Below, in pieces: positions 32,390-39,135 of a stretch of DNA of 45,931 bases. The notes beneath the pieces are model-generated. The model saw nothing but the letters and a program-made list of their open reading frames with translations, was not told the origin of the DNA and made no database searches. The DNA comes from a virus: IMG/VR virus record IMGVR_UViG_3300009610_000019. One strand, given 5' to 3'. Numbering within the stretch: position 1 is the first letter of the stretch; the number at the start of each line of letters is the position of its first letter. The position numbers and the translations under genes were made by a program.

Positions 32390-33338
32390 GGAGACAGCCC
32401 TTCTTTGTGAGCAGCGCCTTGATGTGCTGCGTGATCTTGTGCAGCGCGTCCAGCTCGGCGCCCTTCGCCGCGTTGCGCGCTACATACTCGATTGCCGACG
32501 CCTTTTCTTCGGCTGTCGTGCATTCGCACTGGAGCGCGTAGTCAAGCTCCGCCCGCGCCACTTCGGTCGGCGTGAACTCGCGGTCTAGGATCTTCTTCGT
32601 GGCCGGCACGGGCGCGGGCGGCACCGGGGTCGCCTTGGCGGCCTCGTCTCTGGCCGCCCGGTCCCTGTCGCCGCGCGTCATCGCAGGTGCGGGCCGAGCC
32701 GGGGCGGGCGCACTCGGCGCTTCGCGCTTCGCCTCCGGCTGCGACCCACTCTGCTGCTGGCGCATGGCGTGTTCGTACCAGCCCTTGCGCCACAGGTCCG
32801 CGAACATGCCTAGGTCCTTACAGGCCCGCGTGATGCTGTCCGACTTGGCCTTCTCCATCGCCGTGGCCGGGTTCTCGTGCTCGAAGTAGCGCGACTCGCC
32901 CCACGACTCAGCCAAGAGCCGCGCCGCACCATCCTGGAACGCATACAGGGCGCCGTACAGGCAAACGTCCGTGGTCCGCTTGCCGTTGCGCTCCTTGCTG
33001 TAGATTTGTGGCTGGCCGATCATGTGCCACAGCCACCCGCCCACGCCAAACGCATCGTTCAACCGCTGGCGGAACTCCACCTGCTCGACGTAGTGCATGC
33101 CGTCCTCGCGGGTCAGAACCCAGTCCACGGGTGTCGGTGCCCGCAGGATCGCGTCCTGCTCCTTTGTGATCGGCGTCCCGCGCACCGCCAGCATGTGCGG
33201 CGCCTGTACCAGCGCCGGCACCGCGACGGCTTCCGCCGGCACTGCCGCCAACGACCGCTCGGACTGCACTTCGCCCGTCTCCGGGTCCACTTCTTCGCCG
33301 TCCACGATGATCGGGTCGGCCTTCTTGCGCGTTGCCAT
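32373..33338 (-). CDS. Rad52/Sak-type single-strand annealing protein, 321 aa
   Basis: RLNDAFGVGGW and AMEKAKSDSITRACKDLGMFADLW motifs. ATG 33338 after AGGAGGA. The track N-terminal extension is rejected. Confidence 0.7.
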   Translation of the reverse strand: MATRKKADPIIVDGEEVDPETGEVQSERSLAAVPAEAVAVPALVQAPHMLAVRGTPITKEQDAILRAPTPVDWVLTREDGMHYVEQVEFRQRLNDAFGVGGWLWHMIGQPQIYSKERNGKRTTDVCLYGALYAFQDGAARLLAESWGESRYFEHENPATAMEKAKSDSITRACKDLGMFADLWRKGWYEHAMRQQQSGSQPEAKREAPSAPAPARPAPAMTRGDRDRAARDEAAKATPVPPAPVPATKKILDREFTPTEVARAELDYALQCECTTAEEKASAIEYVARNAAKGAELDALHKITQHIKALLTKKGCLHDLPF

Positions 33339-33346
33339 CGGTCCTC

Positions 33347-33583
33347 CTACTTGAGCCGCAACCACGCGGCGCGGTCTTGGGTGTTGTCGAACGCGCCACC
33401 GTGGCGCGGGTGCTCTTGCGCTGCATCGTACGCATCCTGGTTGTCGCGCAACCATTCATCCGCGCACGAGTGCGAGCAGAACTGCTCACGCTCCGTCTCG
33501 ATGTACACGTCCTGGACTTTGATCTTCTCGGCGCACTGGTAGCAGCGCCGCTCTGGGTCCAGGTTGATCGTCGCCAGTCGCAT
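33347..33583 (-). CDS. zinc-finger protein (FCS/MYM-like), 78 aa; first gene of the leftward early operon
   Basis: ATG 33583 after GGGAGG. Contains CYQC...FCSHSC. Confidence 0.6.
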   Translation of the reverse strand: MRLATINLDPERRCYQCAEKIKVQDVYIETEREQFCSHSCADEWLRDNQDAYDAAQEHPRHGGAFDNTQDRAAWLRLK

Positions 33584-33615
33584 CGCAAAACCTCCCGGTT
33601 TGTGCTTCTGGTGCG

Positions 33616-33643
33616 ATAATACAGCATCGCCGCCATAGGTCAA
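33616..33643 (-). promoter_or_regulatory. leftward early promoter TTGACC-N16-TATTAT
   Basis: The minus strand reads TTGACCTATGGCGGCGATGCTGTATTAT, about 30 nt upstream of the ATG at 33583. Confidence 0.6.
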
Positions 33644-33719
33644 GGTTATTCGGTTGACGCCGGGCCGGCAGTCGTGCAGACTGAGGGCCTTCCGCAGTCC
33701 CGCCAGAATCCCCAGTCTC

Positions 33720-33750
33720 GGCCCCCGCCTGGGGGCCTTGCCTTTTCCTT
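33720..33750 (+). terminator. rho-independent-terminator-like hairpin upstream of the rightward operon
   Basis: ggccccc gcct gggggcc followed by ttgccttttcctt. Confidence 0.5.
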
Positions 33751-33761
33751 GAGTCAAGGAT

Positions 33762-33947
33762 ATGCTGCCGACAGGTTGGAAGGAGGCCACGTCATTAGTG
33801 CCAGCAGGTCGTCCGGAGAAAACACAACGTAACGTGAGGGTCCGGGATCTGTACCGACAGGGCCTCTCGATGCCGGCGTTGGCGAAACGGTTCCGCGTTT
33901 CGGTCCAGCGCATCTATCAGATCGTTCATGCCAAGGAGAAGTTGTGA
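33762..33947 (+). CDS. small helix-turn-helix protein, 61 aa (start uncertain; alternative GTG at 33798)
   Basis: RDLYRQGLSMPALAKRFRVSVQRIYQIV HTH pattern. The palindrome CCTTGAGTCAAGG (33747-33759) lies just upstream. Confidence 0.55.
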   Translation: MLPTGWKEATSLVPAGRPEKTQRNVRVRDLYRQGLSMPALAKRFRVSVQRIYQIVHAKEKL

Positions 33948-34648
33948 CCATCTTCAAGCGTATCGCCGCTGTTCTGATGCTCGCTCTTGTGTCCGTGCTG
34001 TTGGTGACGGGCGCCAACGCCGCCGCCATGCCCACGGCGGCACAAGTGCAGAACGATGCGGAGCACCTGCCGAACCTGGCCTGGGGTGCCGTGGACTTCT
34101 CGATCATCCTGGGTGACGAGGAATGCGCCCCGGACGGGTACGTCCAGGTGCCGATCTATGCATTCGCCACGACGGGCGACCTGCGATTCGTCAAGGTGAC
34201 GGTCGAGTACGACCACCAGGCGTACACGTTCGAGGGCTTCTCGAACGCCGCGTCAGGCGGATACTTCGACACGAACGACGATCTCCCGTTCGGCGTGTCG
34301 CACGAGGACATGACGGAGAACGCCATCGTCATGTGGTCGGGCGGCAACTGGGGCACTGGCGGGCTCATGGGCTACGCCAACTTCACGGCGCTCGACGAGT
34401 GGAGCGCCTACACCGCGGCGCTGCGGTTCGATGATTACTGCGGCGCTGGCGTGTCCCACGTCGAATTGCTGGCGTACGACACGGAGTCGCCGTACGGGCT
34501 CATCGGTGCCGCGGTCAACATGTGTAACGAGTACGACGAACTGACGGCGCTCGACGGCTCGATCACTATCGTGCCGGCCAAGGTGCGCACCGGCCCTGTT
34601 GCCGTGCAGTCGCGGACCTGGGAGCAGGTCAAGAAGCTGTATCGGTAG
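33944..34648 (+). CDS. secreted protein, 234 aa
   Basis: Signal peptide MTIFKRIAAVLMLALVSVLLVTGANA|AA. GTGA-coupled. Confidence 0.65.
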   Translation: MTIFKRIAAVLMLALVSVLLVTGANAAAMPTAAQVQNDAEHLPNLAWGAVDFSIILGDEECAPDGYVQVPIYAFATTGDLRFVKVTVEYDHQAYTFEGFSNAASGGYFDTNDDLPFGVSHEDMTENAIVMWSGGNWGTGGLMGYANFTALDEWSAYTAALRFDDYCGAGVSHVELLAYDTESPYGLIGAAVNMCNEYDELTALDGSITIVPAKVRTGPVAVQSRTWEQVKKLYR

Positions 34649-34803
34649 ATGTGCGCGGGGGTTGGTGGAAGGCCCGGCGATGGGTACCCGATACCGGGGT
34701 GATCCGTTAAATGACCATCGAAGCCCTGTGTTAGTGGTCAGCCGTCGAGGTGCGGAAACGGCAAGCCACCACCCCCGCGTTTTAAAACGAAGCAGGAGTA
34801 CAA

Positions 34804-35340
34804 ATGAAGACACTGGCGATTGTGGCGATGACAGGGGATCAGCCGGCGTGGCCGGAGGCATCTCTCAAGCTCGGGCCGTTCAATCTCGGGCGCGGATGGG
34901 TGAACACGCAGATTCCGCATGCGACGGTGGCGGGGATGGCGGTGTTCGAGGGGCGCGATGCCATGGCCGTGCTCAAGGGGTTTAACTACGTCGTGTTGCA
35001 GCACTGGCCTTCGCAGGCCATCGTGCGCCAGTTGCACGATGCGGGTGTGACGGTTGGATTTTGGCTCAACATGCTGAGCGTGCAAGAGACGCCGATGTGG
35101 AACACGGTGCAGGAGCCAGTGCGGCAAGCGCTCATGGTGTACCCGCTCAAGGGGACGGATGGGCAAAACGTAATCACCTGGCCTGGGGCGATTGCGACAG
35201 ATGTGATGCACCCGATGTTCAAGACGGCGCTGTGCGGGGCGATGGGGTACGTACTCGACACGAGCTACAGACACACGCGGCCGGACTTCTCATTGGCTTC
35301 ATCATCGGCTACGCGATGGCACCGCTCGTACTCGAACTAG
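34804..35340 (+). CDS. hypothetical protein, 178 aa (possible TIM-barrel/GH-like fragment)
   Basis: ATG after AGGAG. The C-terminal ~25 aa look low-quality, and an alternative-frame TM segment follows. Confidence 0.5.
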   Translation: MKTLAIVAMTGDQPAWPEASLKLGPFNLGRGWVNTQIPHATVAGMAVFEGRDAMAVLKGFNYVVLQHWPSQAIVRQLHDAGVTVGFWLNMLSVQETPMWNTVQEPVRQALMVYPLKGTDGQNVITWPGAIATDVMHPMFKTALCGAMGYVLDTSYRHTRPDFSLASSSATRWHRSYSN

Positions 35341-35424
35341 TCATCTGGATGGTCGAACGCAGGGAACGGCGCTCCGAGTCAAAGCGCGACACGGACGACA
35401 AGACGGGATGGAAGGGGTACTGAC

Positions 35425-36354
35425 GTGAACGGAGAGACGCTGTACAAGGTGCTTGTGGATGGAAAGTCCTGTCACGGCGGCACGATGGAGTGGAGCCTGC
35501 CGCAGGGCGACGCGCCCGGCGAGTGGCACCGATACGACGGCGCGCTCAAAATTTGCGAGCGCGGCATTCACCTTACCCGGAACCCGATGGCCTGGTACAA
35601 GCACCGGGCTCGGATCTTCGAGGCCGAGGCGGATGGCATCGCGGAGTGGCAAGGCGACAAGTGCGTCGCCCAGGCAGCGCGGTTGATTCGAGAGGTCGAG
35701 GCCCCAGCCCTGTGGGCGCGCATCGAGAAGTTCGTGGACGGCATCGCGAGCGTGCAGTGGTTCAAGCCGGACGGGAAGCCGGACCCAGAGTGGAAACTGT
35801 TCACCGGCGATACGTGGGACACAGCGGGGGCCGCAGCGTGGGACGCAGCGAGGGCCACAGCGAGGGCCGCAGCGTGGGACGCAGCGAGGGCCGCAGCGTG
35901 GGACGCAGCGAGGGCCGCAGCGAGGGACGCAGCGTGGGACGCAGCGTGGGCCGCAGCGAGGGCCGCAGCGAGGGACGCAGCGTGGGACGCAGCGTGGGCC
36001 GCAGCGAGGGCCGCAGCGTGGGCCGCAGCGAGGGACGCAGCGTGGGACGCAGCGTGGGCCGCAGCGAGGGACGCAGCGTGGGACGCAGCGTGGGCCGCAG
36101 CGAGGGCCGCAGCGAGGGACGCAGCGTGGGCCGCAGCGTGGGACGCAGCGAGGGCCGCAGCGTGGGACGCAGCGGGGGCCGCAGCGGTGGCCGCAGATCT
36201 CCTTGCACGCATCGAATTCGTCCGCGATCTCTCCATCGACCCCAAGCACATCGAGCACGCGGAGGCGCGCTGGCGGGTGTGGCAGAAGGGCTACGCGCTG
36301 CTTTGCGATGTAGATGGCGTGCTGTATGTGTATGCGAAGGGAGGACTGACGTGA
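35425..36354 (+). CDS. protein with a globular N-domain and a 128-aa A-A-[W/R]-[D/A] repeat helix, 309 aa
   Basis: GTG after GGAAGGGG. The N-domain reads [17 protein letters not shown]...ICERGIHLT. The repeat region is in frame, and the C-terminus after it is non-repetitive. Confidence 0.7.
   Translation: MNGETLYKVLVDGKSCHGGTMEWSLPQGDAPGEWHRYDGALKICERGIHLTRNPMAWYKHRARIFEAEADGIAEWQGDKCVAQAARLIREVEAPALWARIEKFVDGIASVQWFKPDGKPDPEWKLFTGDTWDTAGAAAWDAARATARAAAWDAARAAAWDAARAAARDAAWDAAWAAARAAARDAAWDAAWAAARAAAWAAARDAAWDAAWAAARDAAWDAAWAAARAAARDAAWAAAWDAARAAAWDAAGAAAVAADLLARIEFVRDLSIDPKHIEHAEARWRVWQKGYALLCDVDGVLYVYAKGGLT
35809..36192 (+). repeat. 32 tandem copies of a 12-bp unit, GCAGCG[T/A]GGG[A/C]C
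   Basis: Counted unit by unit. 27 units fit the consensus exactly. The variants are at the edges (gatacgtgggac, acagcgggggcc, acagcgagggcc, gcagcgggggcc, gcagcggtggcc). Confidence 0.95.
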
Positions 36355-36548
36355 AGGATGAGAGGATTCGCAGCCTCGCGCGCATCTGGCTCGATCTTGG
36401 ATTGCACGACGAGATGGAGGCGTCGCTGGTAGCTACGATCAAGCGTGCCCTCGCGGAGAGGGACGCGGAGATCGTGGCGTGGGCAGAGGCACAGGGCAGG
36501 CACGGTGCACTGATCGCCTTCCTGAAGGGGGCTGACGATGCCGGGTGA
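36351..36548 (+). CDS. hypothetical protein, 65 aa
   Basis: GTGA overlap at the start, and the sequence ends DDAG-stop in the conserved junction. The motif KDERIRSLA...[11 protein letters not shown] is shared with 38899..39135. Confidence 0.55.
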   Translation: MKDERIRSLARIWLDLGLHDEMEASLVATIKRALAERDAEIVAWAEAQGRHGALIAFLKGADDAG

Positions 36549-36744
36549 GATCCCCAAACACGTCGCGGATGAAGTGAAGCGGCGGGCCAAGATCGGGACC
36601 GGGATCATGGGCTACATCGAAGCACACGCTGATGCGAAGCGCCGCCATGCGGCTGGCGAACGTCAGCGCAGGTGTCCCGTGTGCATGAAGTGGTTCTGGG
36701 AAGTTGAGGCGCACAAGTGTCCGGAGGTCCGCGATGCCGGGTGA
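36538..36744 (+). CDS. MPGE-cassette protein A, Cys/His zinc-binding, 68 aa
   Basis: Begins [18 protein letters not shown] and contains CPVC...HKC. 64/68 aa identical to 37294..37500. Confidence 0.7.
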   Translation: MPGEIPKHVADEVKRRAKIGTGIMGYIEAHADAKRRHAAGERQRRCPVCMKWFWEVEAHKCPEVRDAG

Positions 36745-37138
36745 GATCACACAGCGGGACACCGCAATTCGGCTCGACCTTATGACGGAGGACGTGCCAG
36801 TCGTGGGTTGGACGCTCAAGTATGCGGTACCAGCCAAGCGGTATCCGTCAATCAACGATTTCGCGGAGCCCTTCGACATCCGCTTCGAGACACCGAAGGA
36901 AGTCGTGTACGAGCTTCGGAATCTGATCCTCGGGGATCGGTTTGTTCCCGTGTATGTCCCGCGCGGGTTCTTGCAAGGGCTTGGGACGCTGACGGATGTC
37001 ATCAACGTCTACGGGAACGAGCGCGAGAAGTACGGGACGGACAAGGTGCTCGCCGTGGTGAACGATACGCTCGGGATTGACATTGCGATGGCGATTCGAT
37101 TCGCCGTGAGACGCATGGAGGCCCCCGATGCCGGGTGA
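36734..37138 (+). CDS. MPGE-cassette protein, 134 aa
   Basis: ATG 36734 inside the junction GATGCCGGGTGAGA. Begins MPGEITQRD. Confidence 0.6.
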   Translation: MPGEITQRDTAIRLDLMTEDVPVVGWTLKYAVPAKRYPSINDFAEPFDIRFETPKEVVYELRNLILGDRFVPVYVPRGFLQGLGTLTDVINVYGNEREKYGTDKVLAVVNDTLGIDIAMAIRFAVRRMEAPDAG

Positions 37139-37304
37139 GAAGAACCAGTTCTGGGACCAATGTACCTGCGGGCACTTGCGCGACGAGCACAAGCGGTTTG
37201 GTGGCGAGTGCCAGGACGACGATTGCAAGTGCATCTGTTTCGACTGGGACCCCGACGCGAGCGACATCCACGATATTGCTCGGGAGGAAAACGGTGCCGG
37301 GTGA
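37128..37304 (+). CDS. MPGE-cassette Cys/His mini-protein, 58 aa
   Basis: Sequence MPGEKNQFWDQCTCGHLRDEHKRFGGECQDDDCKCICF, ending NGAG-stop in the junction. Not in the track (under 60 aa). Confidence 0.55.
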   Translation: MPGEKNQFWDQCTCGHLRDEHKRFGGECQDDDCKCICFDWDPDASDIHDIAREENGAG

Positions 37305-37500
37305 GAAACCAAAGCACGTTGCTGACGAGGTGAAGCGGCGCGCCAAGGTCGGCACTGGCATCATGGGCTACATAGAAGCACATGCTGATGCGAAGCGCCG
37401 CCTTGCGAATGGCGAGCGCCAGCGCAGGTGTCCAGTGTGCATGAAGTGGTTCTGGGAAGTAGAAGCGCACAAGTGTCCGGAGGTCCGCGATGCCGGGTGA
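37294..37500 (+). CDS. MPGE-cassette protein B (paralog of 36538..36744), 68 aa
   Basis: GTG start in the junction GGTGCCGGGTGAGA. About 30 nucleotide differences from copy A give only 4 amino-acid changes. Confidence 0.7.
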   Translation: MPGEKPKHVADEVKRRAKVGTGIMGYIEAHADAKRRLANGERQRRCPVCMKWFWEVEAHKCPEVRDAG

Positions 37501-37723
37501 GAAGAAGGGGCAGGCGCTTCTGTTGCTTACGTTGTTGGCAGGATGCGACAACCGGGACGACGGCTACCGATACATTGTGCAGACGCCGTACAAAACCTAC
37601 ATCGCTAGCGCCTGGTGTCCGGCGTACACCAACAACTGCATCGAGATCCGGCTTGTCTCCGGTGAGCGGGTGCGGATTTGTGGCTCTTACTCTATCCGGG
37701 ATTCGGTGATGAGCCATGACTGA
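37490..37723 (+). CDS. MPGE-cassette small lipoprotein, 77 aa
   Basis: MPGEKKGQALLLLTLLAGC has a canonical lipobox LAGC. Confidence 0.65.
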   Translation: MPGEKKGQALLLLTLLAGCDNRDDGYRYIVQTPYKTYIASAWCPAYTNNCIEIRLVSGERVRICGSYSIRDSVMSHD

Positions 37724-37994
37724 CAAGAAGCTCGTCCGGAGGGAGGCGCAAACACTCCACGATTGCAGCGTCTACGGGTCGTTCGTGCGCAAGGTTGCCT
37801 GGTACGAGCAGGGCCTCGCGGACCTGGCAGCGGGGAGGCATGCGACGGGGTGTGAGTGCGTCCGTGAACGCCTTGGATGGCCTGGCGTAGATGATCCCGG
37901 TAGGCCGTGGAATGGGTGTTCCGAAATCGCCCGCCGGATGCTCGCGTTCGAGGGGTACGAGGTCACGCTGGCCTCGATGGAGGGGGAGAAATGA
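37716..37994 (+). CDS. hypothetical protein, 92 aa
   Basis: The ORF ends GEK-stop in GGGGGAGAAATGA. Confidence 0.55.
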   Translation: MTDKKLVRREAQTLHDCSVYGSFVRKVAWYEQGLADLAAGRHATGCECVRERLGWPGVDDPGRPWNGCSEIARRMLAFEGYEVTLASMEGEK

Positions 37995-38353
37995 AGGCTG
38001 AAGATCAGGTGCCCAGCAGGGAGACGTGCGAGCGGCTGAAGGCGGCGGGGTTTCCGCAGGATGACACCTACTTCTACTGGGACAAGACGGACCTCAACGA
38101 GTATGGGGTGTATGCGTTCTGGAGTACCTACAACCGGGTTGGCGCCGCCCCGACCGTAGGGGAGTTGATGGAGGTATTGGTCAAGGCCGGGTATAGCCCA
38201 AGCGTCGGTGCCGTCGGAGAGCTTGGATATGGCGCATCTTCCACGGCATCGAAGGCAGGAACGGTTCCGGTGTTTGTGACGAGCATGCAGGTTTATCCAA
38301 CTGCCGCCGAAGCCGCCGCGCTGCTCTGGTTGAAGGTGAAGGGGGAGAAATGA
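37991..38353 (+). CDS. hypothetical protein, 120 aa
   Basis: ATG 37991 in an ATGA overlap. Contains APTVGELMEVL. It also ends GEK-stop in GGGGGAGAAATGA. Confidence 0.6.
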   Translation: MKAEDQVPSRETCERLKAAGFPQDDTYFYWDKTDLNEYGVYAFWSTYNRVGAAPTVGELMEVLVKAGYSPSVGAVGELGYGASSTASKAGTVPVFVTSMQVYPTAAEAAALLWLKVKGEK

Positions 38354-38682
38354 CCAACTGGCTCGACCCGGATGAGGTGAAGGCAGCCTACGACAAGGCA
38401 GAGAGTACGCGCGGGAAGTGGTCGGCTGCTGCAACAAACGACTACCACGCTTACAATGCCGTTGCGGTCCTCTCGGCCCTCGCGGAGTTGGACCCACGAC
38501 AGTTGCAAGCCTATGGCTGCGACGAGCTTTGCAACCGCAACAACCCAATTTCCAACGCTGCTGGGAAGCCGTGCGACTGTTCCCCGGGGCACTTCTTCCG
38601 CATCTGGCGCGTGGCGCTGGTCGTGACGGGGAAGGAGGACGGACGTGACGCAGGAAGAGAATCCTTGGGGGGTCAAGATTGA
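38350..38682 (+). CDS. hypothetical protein, 110 aa
   Basis: ATGA-coupled ORF. Confidence 0.55.
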   Translation: MTNWLDPDEVKAAYDKAESTRGKWSAAATNDYHAYNAVAVLSALAELDPRQLQAYGCDELCNRNNPISNAAGKPCDCSPGHFFRIWRVALVVTGKEDGRDAGRESLGGQD

Positions 38683-38902
38683 GGACAACGTTCTCATGCT
38701 TCCCCACCAGTGTCAGGACTGGATAGTGGCGCCGGGTGGGGATGAGTTTGTAGACGAGGATGCGAAGGATGACATCCAGGACTTGATGAAGTACCACGGT
38801 TTCGTGCCGAGCAAGGAGCAAGGGGCGGAGTGGGCGAGGAGTCTGGCGATGGAGCTGCTCAAGTGGGCAGACTTGCTTGAGAAGGAGGACGCGGGGGCAT
38901 GA
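38645..38902 (+). CDS. hypothetical acidic protein, 85 aa
   Basis: GTG after GGAGGA. Confidence 0.55.
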   Translation: MTQEENPWGVKIEDNVLMLPHQCQDWIVAPGGDEFVDEDAKDDIQDLMKYHGFVPSKEQGAEWARSLAMELLKWADLLEKEDAGA

Positions 38903-39135
38903 AGGAGGAGAGGATACAAGAACTCGCACAGGGATTCCGCTGCCAATGTCAGAGCAGCAGCTTGAACGACGAGGACGCGGTAGAGGACTACAACGTCCAG
39001 AGATTAGTTGAGATCCTTGCCGAGCGCGACCGCGAGGTGGAGGAGTGGGTAAGGAAGAAGCAGCACCTTGACGCCGACTACCAGTATCTCGGGGTTCTGG
39101 AGGACCTCCTCGACTTCCTGGAGGCGCGGGGATGA
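38899..39135 (+). CDS. hypothetical protein, 78 aa (paralogous motif to 36351..36548)
   Basis: ATGA-coupled. Contains KEERIQELA...LAERDREVEEW. Confidence 0.55.
   Translation: MKEERIQELAQGFRCQCQSSSLNDEDAVEDYNVQRLVEILAERDREVEEWVRKKQHLDADYQYLGVLEDLLDFLEARG

Noticed and set aside
35809-36192. The tandem 12-bp repeat array as a CRISPR array or a diversity-generating retroelement target
   Set aside because: The units are contiguous with no spacers and stay in frame inside a CDS. There is no cas gene, no reverse transcriptase and no template/variable repeat pair elsewhere in the genome. The variation is T/A and A/C at two fixed positions, not adenine-specific.
35341-36548. Track ORFs 35341..36258(-), 35568..36251(-), 35801..36442(-) and 35490..36548(+) with PRCG/SLRPT/GRSE-type repeats
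   Set aside because: The 12-bp unit lacks stop codons in all six frames, so these are repeat-induced open frames. Only the frame starting at 35425 has an RBS and non-repetitive flanking domains. The 3' end of 35490..36548 is a real small gene (36351..36548) in the same phase.
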